From Epithemia pelagica (taxonomy: Eukaryota > Protista > Bacillariophyta), in assembly GCA_946965045.2 (NCBI GenBank), contig OX337231.1:2232001-2296000 (forward strand): a stretch of 64,000 nucleotides of DNA, given 5' to 3'. The notes under the pieces were generated by a model, which saw only the letters and a list, made by a program, of their open reading frames with translations, did no database searches and was not told the origin of the DNA. Positions 20,541 through 32,046 of this stretch are shown here, in pieces (positions within the stretch are counted from its first letter, which is position 1; the number at the start of each line of letters is the position of its first letter). The position numbers and the translations under genes are program-made.

Positions 20541-23500
20541 ATGACGCTTTTCCCGGATGCTACCAAAAGTATGACCACCCTCCAAGCTGTGTCCCTGTTT
20601 GGTTTGCTGGGACCAGTGATTTCTACGACTGCCTTTTCTTCGGGCAACCTTCGTGCTTCGGCCGTGCGTTCCACCCCCCACGTCGTGACGCCGTTGGACC
20701 CTCCTCCTCCGGAGGATGATCGTCATGCCTGGACGGAATCCACCACTCCAGTGGAGACTGACGACGACGACAACAAAAAAGAAGAAGAAGAAGCCCACTG
20801 GGCCGATTGGATGAACCCTCGAGCCGATCCGTTGGAGGCCAACACGGACCTCCATTCCAATACGACGACGACGACCTTGGAGAATATTCGTCCCTTTGGA
20901 AACTACGCCCGGGTGGTTCCCTCGTACTTGGAGATCCGTTCGGACGAAACGACGGCGGACCAATCGACCCGCTTTCTGTCGACTCCAACTCATGCCGCCA
21001 ATGGCCGTACCTTGGCCTCCCCAGACAATGCCTTTTTTGATCCCTTGGAGTGTGGCCTGCCGGCGTGTACCATTAATACGACCTGGATGCAGGGAGGATT
21101 TGCGCAAGCGGCCGCTCAGAACAATGGGACGATCGTGATTCCTTGTGGAACCTGTGTGTGGATGGACCATGTGCACGAAAATACTCAAGAAGATGACCCG
21201 AACCAAGATCCCACCCTCGTGCTTGATCATGGATTGGATATTCAAGGTCACTTGTATTTCCCCGACGGTTACAATGTGACGATTCAGACACCCTTTCTGT
21301 TGGTGCAAGGACATTTGGAACTGCGCTCCACGAGCAAGGTGGGCGCGGAACCCCGTATCAAGTTTCTCATTGGGACTGGAGACAAGGACGAACGTCAGAA
21401 TATCGGCTTTTTGCCGGCGCACAACAATGAATGGGTCTGTCCCAACGAGACTACGGGAGAACCAGGTACCTGTGATATTGGCTTTCGGTCCGTGACTGTG
21501 GCCGGAGGGTCGGTCCAAGCACAGGGGTTGCCCTCCACTTGTAACACTTGGACGCAGTTGTACGATGTCGTGGACGTTCCCCAAGCTTCCGAGCCCTATC
21601 ATTTGTCCTTCACCACCTTGCCCGCCGTTCCAGTGAACCATACCAACCCGTATTGCCGCGCTCACGATCCCTACGTTCAAGACACCTTCGATGACGACAA
21701 CAACTTGGGAAGTTGGATGGGTGGTTTTGGAGCAACCTACAAGGTGCAGAATGGATACTTTGCCATTACCAACCGCAAGTCAGCGACTGAACATAGTCCC
21801 ACGTTGGATATGGTTTCCTTTCAAGAATGCCTCGTTCCCGGCCAAAAGTACTTGTTCAGTGCCAAGATTCGTTTGCATGATCCTTTGGATGAAAATCTCA
21901 AGTTGACGCCCTGTAACGATGCTGGATGCCTCGATATGACCTTTGTCACGAGATTGCCGGACGATGGAAAACGAGTCCTCCGCCGCATGGCACACCGCAC
22001 GGACAATGCTGTGTACCGGAACAACCATTGGGAGAACTACTACGCCACCTTGACCTTTACGCAAGAAGAATTGGATTCCAACAATGTCTATCAATTGTTG
22101 ATGCTACGCGGAGTCCCGAAACGCTACGATATTCATATGGACAATGTCACCTTCACGATCCCTCATGTGTCCCTGGTTCCGGATCCGGAGAATTTGTGTG
22201 CGGGCAACCTTGTCATGAATGGAGACGCCGAAGGCAGCGCGATTCATCCGTACCCGTTTCAAGCCACTGGTGGACAATTGACCATTCGGACGTGGCCAAG
22301 CACTGGCAATCGAGCGTTTCGTCTCAGTCAGCGCAAACATGACTTTGATGCCTTGTACTATGACCTGGATGCACCCAACTGCATTGCCAAGGGAGCCCGC
22401 TACCATATTTCGGCTCGCGTCTATGCCGTGTCCGAGGACGTGCCCATCAAAATTGTCATCAAGTATCGCATCAACTTATTGGATGGCAACACGCATTCCT
22501 ATATTGCCGCGGTCTGTCCACCCTCTCAGTTGAACTGGCAACAGTGTGAATCCAAGTTTTCGATAGTGGAGAGTATCGACCCCAACAATATTGACAAGGT
22601 CCGATTTTGGTTTGAAACAGTCAATGCTCCAACGGTTGACTACTTGGTGGATGATTTCGATATTGAAATGGCCAAGTCTGCGAAATCTGGCATTATGGTT
22701 TCCGGTGAAGGCATTGCCGACTGTTGGGATGAAGGGGCCGAGATTGTCATCACTTCCCACACTACCAACACGGAGGAGTCCCAAGTGCGTCGATTGGTGA
22801 ACCCACCCGTCCCGATCCCAGGAACGAATGGAATGGTGCGTCTGGAATTGGACGACTTTATCATACTACCCGTGACAGCCCAACACGATGAGGGCCTGTT
22901 CCCAGTCGAGGTTGCCTTGTTGAGTCGAAATATCCGCTTTGAAGCTCCAGAGGATAAAGACGACCCGTTGATTGGTGGACATTTCATGGTCCTTCGGACT
23001 CCTACTGTCTCCCAATACGTGGAAGGCGTGGAGTTTGTCAACTTTGGGCAACAAGGCAATTTGGGACGCTATCCTATTCATATTCACTTGTGCAAGGACT
23101 CGCATTCGTTTGTCTCCAAGAATACTGTGCGGGGTTCCAACCAGCGGTGTGTGGTGATTCATGGTTCCTATAATGCAACGATCGAGGGAAACATTGCATA
23201 CGACACATTTGGCCATTGTTTCATTACGGAAGATGGGGGAGAAATTGACAATAAATTCATCCGCAACCTTGGGAGCAACACCAAGCGAGCCAGCCGTGTT
23301 GTGCGACAGGGTGAGACTGATGACAGCAATCCATCCACCTTTTGGAGTTCCAATCCCCAGAACGAATGGGTGGGAAATGTGGCTGCTGGTTCTGAGGCCA
23401 ATGGCTACTGGCTTGAGTTGCTTGATCATGTGAAACTCCCCACCGCCTTGATGGAGCTTTCGCATGACATGAATCCCAGAAGACTGCCGTTGACCAAATT

Positions 23501-26244
23501 TGCGGACAACATCGCTCACAGCAACTTTCGACATGGGCTAAGTAAGTACTCCTACACCGATGTTGGTTTCCCACCGCAGTTGTCCGTATGAGAACAGATT
23601 CTAACTTGCTGCTTTTGTTGCTGCCATTTCAGAAATGTATCCTCATGGACTTCTTCCTTCAGAGACTGCCATATTCGACAATTTTATGTCCTACAAGAAC
23701 CGACTTGATGGTATTTTCTTCCGCAATGTTGTCAACTCAGTTGTTCAAGGCGGTGTTTTCGCCGACAATCGGAATCAAGCCGATATGGATCGATCGGACA
23801 CTATTCTTCTGAATGCAACTCGTATTATCGGAAGTACTGATCGCTATCGCGAGATTGTTGATGCCCAGGGTGTCAAAGCGTACCATCAAGACAGGATTGT
23901 GGGTCTGGAGTTGCACCCCTTTGCCCGAAATCCGTCCAAGAAAGGATTGACGGTCAAAAACATTGTGTTCGAAGGCTTCCATGAAACGTCTGTCAGTGAG
24001 CACACAGCACTTGTTGAGATTGATCGAGACGGTGATGACCCATGGACTGGCAACTTCAACTACTGGACAACCTTTGAAGGGGTGACAATCAAGAACAGCG
24101 ACTTCCCGTTCCTCTTTGATTTTAATCAGGCTTTGAACAACTTATTTAATGGAGTGTACCTCGTCGATCTGGACAGCAGCATGAAGCCTCCCTCGAGCAA
24201 AGCAACAGGAACATCCACAGTCATCGCTGATTCTCCAGAAGTCAAGGCCTTTGTGGACATGGATCGTTGCACTTCATTCAAGGACCGCGGCTACCTTTAC
24301 TGTGAAGACACATGCCTCCGCTCTGTGACATTTGCCGTCGATCCAGGTCAGATCGATGATCTCGTTTTGAGGATTCAAACCATCCCAGGCAATCAGGAGT
24401 ATGACTACAAAGGGGGACGGGATATCTTTATCAACGAGAACGTCGAACGACACGAACGAGCAATGACGGATGTTGGTTTCCTTCGATATTTCACAGCTCC
24501 TCTTCCCCGTGGACAATACAAGGCCATGTTTATCAACAATTCCACGGGTGCGAATCACTGGCCGACCTTCGTGGAAACTCTGTTCGAACCGTCTCTCTGT
24601 GAAGATAGCTTTGACACCAGCGATGTCGAGTTGGAAATTCCTCCTCTTGAAGAGGAAGAGTGTGAGCAACTGATTCGAAACGGCGATATGGAGCAATTTC
24701 CTTCTTCTGCTCCTCAATGGCTCCAGTATGGTTCCATGCTTCAACTCGCACCAGGGCGTGGACGAATGGGATCAAATGCGATCACGGAGATCGATCAACA
24801 CTCCCCGTATGCTGCTCTCGGACAGTATGTTGATGTGCGGTGCTTGACAATTGGAGAAGCCTATCGCATTCAAGCTTGGGTCTACCTCGAAGAAGATGGA
24901 CATGCAATTTCATGCGACGATGGAAGTTCAAGTTGCCCTCGTCTACGACTTCGAATGATGACTCAAGAAGACAACACTGGGACTTCTTTCGCAGAATCTG
25001 TTGTTGCAGTGGCCACATCCTTCGCACGCCCGTTCGTGGAAAATGGATGGAACCTAATGGAAGGAATAGTCACAGTTGATGCGACGCTGGCCGAAGCTAC
25101 GCGGGTTGTTGTTTACGTGGATCGCCGACCTCAAGGGAAGACTTTGTTCCTCGACGATGTATCCATGACCAAAATTGATCGCGATTGCTCAGAACTTGTG
25201 TTCAACGGGAACTTCTCTGAGAACAGCACTGCTTTTTGGGATCATGAGCAAGGAGCGCTTGACCTTGTTTCCACGAACGGCGTCAGCTCGGCACTCGTCC
25301 ATTTCGACCGTCGAAACGCTTTCTCCGCAGTCACTCAACGAATCACGACTGGTTGCATGACAGAAGGAGATCGCTATCTTGCTACGGCAAAAGTACAAGT
25401 TCTGAACTCTGATGGAACGCAATATGAGTGCAACCCAGCAAGGGTGTCTGGAGAATCTGCATGTCCTCGAATGAAACTTCGAGCTTACTTCAACTACGGT
25501 CATTCGGACCAGACGTCCTTCCCCCATCCATTCGGTTTCATTGCCAGTACCGACTATGGCTTGACAAACGATGGGTGGATGACTATCTCGGACGTGTTCT
25601 CTGCTACCAAAGAAGACGAGCTTGCCGACCAAAGTGTTCTTTTCATCGACGGACCAGGGAAGGACATGATAGTCATGATCGACGAAATTTCGGTTTCCCC
25701 TCTTGACATGAATTGTGAGCAGCTCATTCTCAATGGTGATGGTGAATGGGGAGAAACAGCGCGCTTCTGGCGATCGACATCCAAGAGCGAGGTGACTAAA
25801 ATCCGAGTTTCGAAAAGTAATGAGAATAATGTGTTACAGTTGGTGAACCGAGAGTATCCGATGGATGGCCTCTATCAGCGGGTTGACGGTCGCTGCCTTG
25901 CCATGGGATCCAAATGGAAAGTCTCCGCACAGATGAAACTTTGGTCACGCTCAAAGGAAAGCTTCGTTGCTTGTGATCCTTCTCGAACAAGTGTCGCTGA
26001 AGCTGGATGTCCGTCCGTCCGCCTTTCGTCTGTGTCTCCAACAGAAGAACGATTCGAAGAGCGATTCTTCATGACGGCGACCAATGCAACTTGGGTACCC
26101 GATGAGTTCAACAACTTTGAAAGTGTTGTTGCTATCTCCGATGACATGGCACTCGGGAGCAATTTCTTGTTTGGTTTCCGAGGCTTTGACTCTGATTGGG
26201 ACTTGTTTGTTGACAACATTACCATGACTCCGATTCTGGTGTAA
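20541..26244 (+). CDS. Large G8-domain/PbH1 protein (CEMIP/TMEM2/fibrocystin-L-like) with several CBM4/9-like modules, ~1870 aa
   Basis: Exons 20541-23541 and 23633-26244 (GT-AG, in frame). G8-like LDIQGHL..LLVQGHLEL; VEVALLSRNI, GGHFMV, GQQGNLGRYPIHIH, SNQRCVVIHGS, GHCFITEDG; repeated L(I/V)xNGd.E module starts. Hydrophobic N-terminus from M20571. Confidence 0.85.
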
Positions 26245-26361
26245 CAAGTCCCTCACAACTCTATACTGTATTCGATTTCCGAGGCTTTCACTCCGATTGG
26301 GACTTGTTTGTTGACAACATTACCATGACTCCGATTCTGGTGTAACAAGTCCCACACAACT
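26175..26361 (+). repeat. Tandem duplication (101-bp period) of the last coding segment and stop of the G8 gene
   Basis: 26175-26260 is repeated at 26276-26361 with a few substitutions. Confidence 0.9.
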
Positions 26362-26654
26362 ATATTTACTGTGTTGCCGTTGTGATATATACTTTAACAT
26401 GGACAACATTTATTAGCAAGAATTAAGTCAATTGATACTCTGCTTCTCTTTGAAGGGCGAATACATGAAAGACATCACCCATCGATACAAACCATTATAC
26501 AACCAACGTTTCAACCACAGAATAAACATAACCCCCCAAACCCGATGGAAAAAGGACAAACAGCTCATCGAACGATCGTTGGTGTGCTTTATCACAACCC
26601 CGCATCTTTTGCATCAATCTTGTGTTGTTTATTCCATCTATCAATCTATTCACA

Positions 26655-27854
26655 TTATATCTTTATCATCGGAAACGGTACAGATCCCGCTTTTTTGTTG
26701 CTCGCCTGCAGCTTTGACCCTCTAGGTTTCCATCGAAACGACAACTTTTCCATGAGCATGACCACCCGCGACAATCTGAAATGCTTTTCGACCCCTTGTA
26801 CAGTAAAGGGAAGAGGACATGACGAATCCAAGGGAATCTTGAGTTTCCCTTGCTCCATGAGTTCCAACACTTGCTTTCGTCCCTCTGGCATGCTGTAGGG
26901 CATGAGGACCGAGTAAGATGGCACGCTTCTCCACGCAAACCATCGTGTGTACAGTGGTCGCAAGGGTAAATTGGCAAAGAATTGAATTGCCTTCCACCAC
27001 GTATTAGCATCCGGTTTGGGATGGTCGCCGGAAACGGCAATAAACTCGCCTCCTTCACTTCCCGGTTTACAAACCCGTTCGGCCTTGTCTACAAAATTGC
27101 CACCACCGACACAATCAATAATCTTGTCAAAGTATTTTGGTGTCCCCGTCGTTTTGTCGTTGTCGTTGCTACCAGAATCCTCGCCCCAGTTTCGTTCCCA
27201 CCAGTTTTCGGTTCGATAATCTACCACAACATTGGCACCCAACGATTTGCACAAATCGGCTTGGGTGGAGGTTGTTGCAACAAAGGATGCCTTGGCTACG
27301 TGTTTGGCCAAGGCAATGGCCGCACTTCCCACACCTCCACTTCATCCCAAAATCAAGACCCGATCACCTTCCTTTACATGATCCAAGACGGCATTGCGAG
27401 CCGTAATCGCGGACGACGAGGCCGCTGCTTCCAATACTCCCACCTTGTCAGGTTTGAGAACCACTTCACTTTTGGAAACCGCCATGTACTCGGTCAAACC
27501 ACCTTGGGGTGAAATCCCATTGGCTGCCACAATCACATCGCCCTCCTGGACGTCCTGGCTTCCATTGGCATCCACCACTGTACCACAAACGTCCATCCCT
27601 GGAACAAAGGGGAACTTGTTGGGATGCATTAGAATTACATTTCCACCAACCATGATGACATCACCGGGGGATATGCTGCACGCAAGAACCTTGATGAGAA
27701 TCTCATCACTAGATTGAAGCGATGGGACAGGAGTATCACTGGAAACGGTAAAGGCCTGTTCCATATCTTGCGTATTCTTGAAATCGGACACAAACTGATG
27801 CACCAATAGAGCCTTCATGGAGGACGGAGGAGAAGCCGTGGTAGACGAAGCCAT
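26655..27854 (-). pseudogene. MDR-family NADPH:quinone oxidoreductase-like gene (RTN4IP1/QOR type) with one in-frame TGA
   Basis: GroES-like N-terminus (EILIKVLACSISPGD, PFVPGMDVCGTV) and Rossmann half lie in one frame and read VLILG*SGGVGSAA, with TGA at 27344-27342. Confidence 0.8.
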
Positions 27855-28295
27855 GTTGTTTGTCTCGAGATTCTTTGGAGTATCGTTTCAATGAGATCAT
27901 GGCGACGATTCCAAAAGATCCCTTGCGTGGATCGGAACCTTGAAGAAATGCGCGATCAATGTGACGTGGATACCTTTTTGCGCGACTTTCGCGCACAAAC
28001 GGAAGCAGGAATTTGGCCGAAGGGGCTAGATGCGCTATTGTATGAGAGTAAGTGATGAGAGAGTGACACGTGACACCATGAGAGATACTCCTAGTGAAAT
28101 GCAAAATGATCGTCTATTTCCAGCTTGGGGTGTATTACGAAATCGCCGGTTTGGCATGAGATTGGAAAGAGTGCGGTTGAACCATGCGCGGTGTTTGGCT
28201 CTACGAAATCAGCACCGTCTGTAACAACTTGTGGGCCCCAACGCTCGAGCCAAGACGTTCTGCGGCAACAATCCGACGTCGATGAGACTGCTTTC

Positions 28296-29126
28296 TTATA
28301 TCTTGACTCCCAGTTTTTGCAAGAGCGCATTGGAGAATTCTTCTGGAATGGAAAGATAAAATGGATGACCTCCGGGGAATTCCGTCACTTGTGCGCCGGC
28401 TTCGGCTTTTAGTTTGGCGGACAAGTGTTTCCCCTTGTTGTCTTGATCCCCATGAATGGACCATATCGGCAATGTGTTTGGAAGGACTGCGAGCTGTTCC
28501 GCGGATAACATCATGGCCGAATAACTAGCAATGGGGACCCACAGACGAGTGACGCGGCTCATTTGCGTCGCTTGTCCTTGTTGAATCGCACTCACCACCG
28601 ACAATCCTGACGCCGACGGTGTCATCAAGGCTGCCACGGGGAGTTGCAGCAAGGCATGTTCGGGTTGCGCCATGCCCTCGAGCAATGCCACAAGTTTGGG
28701 GTATTTGGCCGAAACCTCCAAATCCAAGGCTGTTACACGAACTTGATTGTGTTGGCAAAGCCGACTCAAAATTGTACTGGATTTCCAATCCTCTTTGGTA
28801 AATCTAGATCCATGCAACAATACAATATCCACGATGTCACTTTGTTGTGTAGTCGTAGCGCCACAATGATAATAGTTGATCTCCTGAAAGGTTCCTTCCA
28901 CAATGGCATTCGACGCTGCCGCACCATGAGACAGGGATGGAGATGCAATATGACCCGAGTTTTCTTTTACCGGCGACGCATCAGGTGGAGTACCAGTGGT
29001 TCGAACCAAAACAAAGAATAGTGAAACCAGACCGGCAACTACCAAGATTGTTTTCAAGATTGTCATTTTGTTTCCTCCCACAAAAGCCCCATTACCTTTT
29101 GGCTTGTTTGCGACAACCATTACCAT
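28296..29126 (-). CDS. ABHD14-like alpha/beta hydrolase with N-terminal membrane anchor
   Basis: IVLLHGSRFTKEDW, nucleophile-like TPSASG, IHGDQD, GGHPFYL; hydrophobic ILVVAGLVSLFFVLV. Start codon uncertain. Confidence 0.75.
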   Translation of the reverse strand: MVMVVANKPKGNGAFVGGNKMTILKTILVVAGLVSLFFVLVRTTGTPPDASPVKENSGHIASPSLSHGAAASNAIVEGTFQEINYYHCGATTTQQSDIVDIVLLHGSRFTKEDWKSSTILSRLCQHNQVRVTALDLEVSAKYPKLVALLEGMAQPEHALLQLPVAALMTPSASGLSVVSAIQQGQATQMSRVTRLWVPIASYSAMMLSAEQLAVLPNTLPIWSIHGDQDNKGKHLSAKLKAEAGAQVTEFPGGHPFYLSIPEEFSNALLQKLGVKI

Positions 29127-29629
29127 GGAATGTAAGGTAGCGATACTCCTCGAACAACAAGAATGGAAAAGTATCTTTGCAACTCCGTTGGTGTGTCTTG
29201 TCACTGGTCGAAATGAATCTGAGGCAATGATTCCTCTAACTAACAACATGGTGAGACATAGAGATTTCTTGGAAGATCTTGCTTCCCGATTTTGATCTTG
29301 GAGTGAATCCGACTGCGCGCCAGCTCCGACTCCCCCCATCTTCACTATTGCCCCCCTTATGGTCCTCCGCCTGCACGTGCCATCTCCTCACTCCCCATCT
29401 CGACATCGACATGGGTTGGATGGTCGGGATGGCGTGCGGAACACCCTCCACCCATCGTCGGAACATTTGGATTGTGGAGATGTGTGTCTTTGATCTTTTT
29501 GTTTGATGGCCAATCCAAAAACAAGACACTCATCCAGTGACAAGAGAGACAGTCACATTTGACTTGTTCCCAAAGATTGATATTTCTGTTTTCGTTTTCT
29601 CGTGTTGGACACTGTTTCGAAACGTTCAG

Positions 29630-30987
29630 ATGATGCTCCTCCAAAAGCGAAAACTGGCCTTACTGCGGTTGGCCGTGGCATGTTTGTGTCTGGTCCAAGG
29701 CTTGTGTCTGTGTCAAGCCGACAAACCTGCGACGAGGGTACCGGAACCGTCCAAACTCCCTTCCGTTACATTGGCCAAGGAACCTTCACCCAAGACGGGG
29801 CCATTAAAAGTGTTTGTCAATACAGTTCGAGAAGCTCGACGTCATTTGGCAGCTGCTGCCGCGGCTCGATCCACCTCGGTCTTTCTCATGTACCCTGTGG
29901 ATACCCTCAAGGTAACGTTTATTGAGCATTCGAAACCACGTTGGATTCTGGCAGGTTGAACGCCTCTGGGAAAACTGTCCGTCAAAAAATCATGGAGACC
30001 CTTGTCAGACCCACCATGAGCCTTTTCCTCCGAGCGTTGATCTGTTGTTTGCAAACCACAGAAATCTTACCTTTCATTATTGTTTTGTGTAGACGAGAAT
30101 GCAAATGGGTCAGGCCAATCCATTTCGACCGGAAGGCATGTTTGCAGGAGTAGCAGGATCGCTATTTGGACAGGTGCCCTATGGGTAAGTAAAGACAGGA
30201 TATCTTTGGTCAGTAGCATTGTGAACTGTAATGGTGTTTTTGACACTCAAGATTGCACTGCATTTGATTGTTGTACCTTGTTCCCTGTGTCTTTCTCTCG
30301 CATCACTCAAGTGTTTTGACGTTTGGTTCGTACGAAATATACAAGGATGCCTTGTTAAAAAAGTTCCCGAATGTCAAGCCCATTTGGATTTATGCCACAT
30401 CGGCCGTCTTGGGTGATTTGACTGGATCCGGATGGCTGTGTCCATCGGAAGTGGTCAAGCAACAAATGCAGGCAGGAATGTACTCCACGACGGTCGAAGC
30501 CTTGCAATCGATTTGGGCCAAAAAGGGATTGTTGGGATTGTACGAGGGGTATTTTGGTGGGATTGCCCGGGATGTTCCCTTTCGTGTGGCTCAACTGACA
30601 ACCTTTGAAGTGGCCAAATCGGTAGCTCTCCGGTTCAAGGCATCGCGGCAGAAACAATCGGGAGGAGGAGAAACGGATTCTCCATTGGAATTGTCGCCCG
30701 TCGAATCGGCCATGTGTGGAGCCGTCTCGGGAACCTTCTCAGCGGCCATTACGTGTCCATTGGATCGTATCAAAACCTTGTTAATGACCAACAGTGAGGC
30801 CTATGGTGGAACCGTCATTTCCGCAGCCTCCAAAATTTGGGCCAATGAAGGTCTGGCGGGGTTTGCCACGGGCATTCTCCCTCGCGTGGCCTACATTGCA
30901 CCATCGGTGGTGATTTTCTTTGTCACCTACGAAGCCACACAACAGCGATTAAAGCACATGTGGACGTCCACCGCAGAAACGAAATAA
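29630..30987 (+). CDS. Mitochondrial carrier family (SLC25) protein, SAM-carrier-like, with N-terminal signal-like extension (~349 aa)
   Basis: Exons 29630-29911, 30093-30184, 30312-30987, in frame. Three Px[D/E]xx[K/R] signatures (YPVDTLK, CPSEVVK, CPLDRIK). Confidence 0.88.
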
Positions 30988-32046
30988 GTTCAATCAATAA
31001 TACTTCGAATATGTGAATGAATGTACCGATTAAATTAAGAAGGGATTTGAAAGGTAACAAGATTTCTTGGTGCATAATTTTCGTCGTTCGTCTAATGCAC
31101 AAACACCTATCTTGCTCCACATCATAGGCCAAGCGCTAGTAGTTTCTCAAGGCAATGTATGGTGGTGCTATCTGGGTTTGTGCTCACGATTGTTACTTAC
31201 GATCGTCCTCGAGTCCACTCTCATTTTCAGGAGGCATTAAGTGAATTTCAGAACTCGAATATTTCAAACAAGATGCTTTTGTACAATCAGAATCTCAGAA
31301 GACACTCCTTATGATGAGCATTGCTACATCAGTGCCATTCTCTTTTGCGTTCCATTGTAAGGAAAACTACCTAGGAGTAGGCATTTGAAGTTTCACACGT
31401 GATGCTCCTTGACCTTTTGACATCGACCTAAGGAAACACAAGGATGCTAACAAGAAATTTTGAGATGTATATGAGGAACCATTGACGGAACAAATTTTTA
31501 TGATTGTTCTGGTGCAAGGAAACGGAAGTAAGAGAGAATTCATATTCATGGTTCATGGACCACCAGGAGAAAACCGCAAACTCGAATTTGTGAAGGTCAA
31601 GGCAGAACTAGTGACCGGCCGGCAACAAAATGTGCGCCACACATGACGGCTACGCATGCTCTACTCAAACTGCATATACTACCTCAAAGCCCCGCGTTCA
31701 CCAAAGAGAGCTGTTGGGTGCACCCCATTCCCGAACCGCCGCCCCCTTTGCATTTGTGACCACACGACCACACAAGACGACAACACAACACAGTAACAAC
31801 AACCAAAACATCGAGAGCAATTGAATGAGTTGAGTTAAGCAACAATACTTTGTTCTATTGGCCTGTTGAAAAATTCGAAACACTGCGGAACATTTGAAAG
31901 TAAAAAGGAGAGGCAGGGGACAATCTGCATTGGATCGTCTTTGTAAACATTTGTGAATCGACTGGAGAGCTGCCGTTTCGGTTACGTTGGGTCGTCCTTG
32001 GTCGAATACGAACTGTCAGCCATTGTTGCGGAGCGATCGCCACGTA

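Noticed and set aside
20388-21680. 430-aa antisense ORF
   Set aside because: Shadow of the G8 gene's codon bias; no motifs.
27342-27344. Selenocysteine codon
   Set aside because: The position corresponds to a small Gly/Ala residue of the nucleotide-binding loop, not a catalytic Cys; no SECIS was identified by eye.
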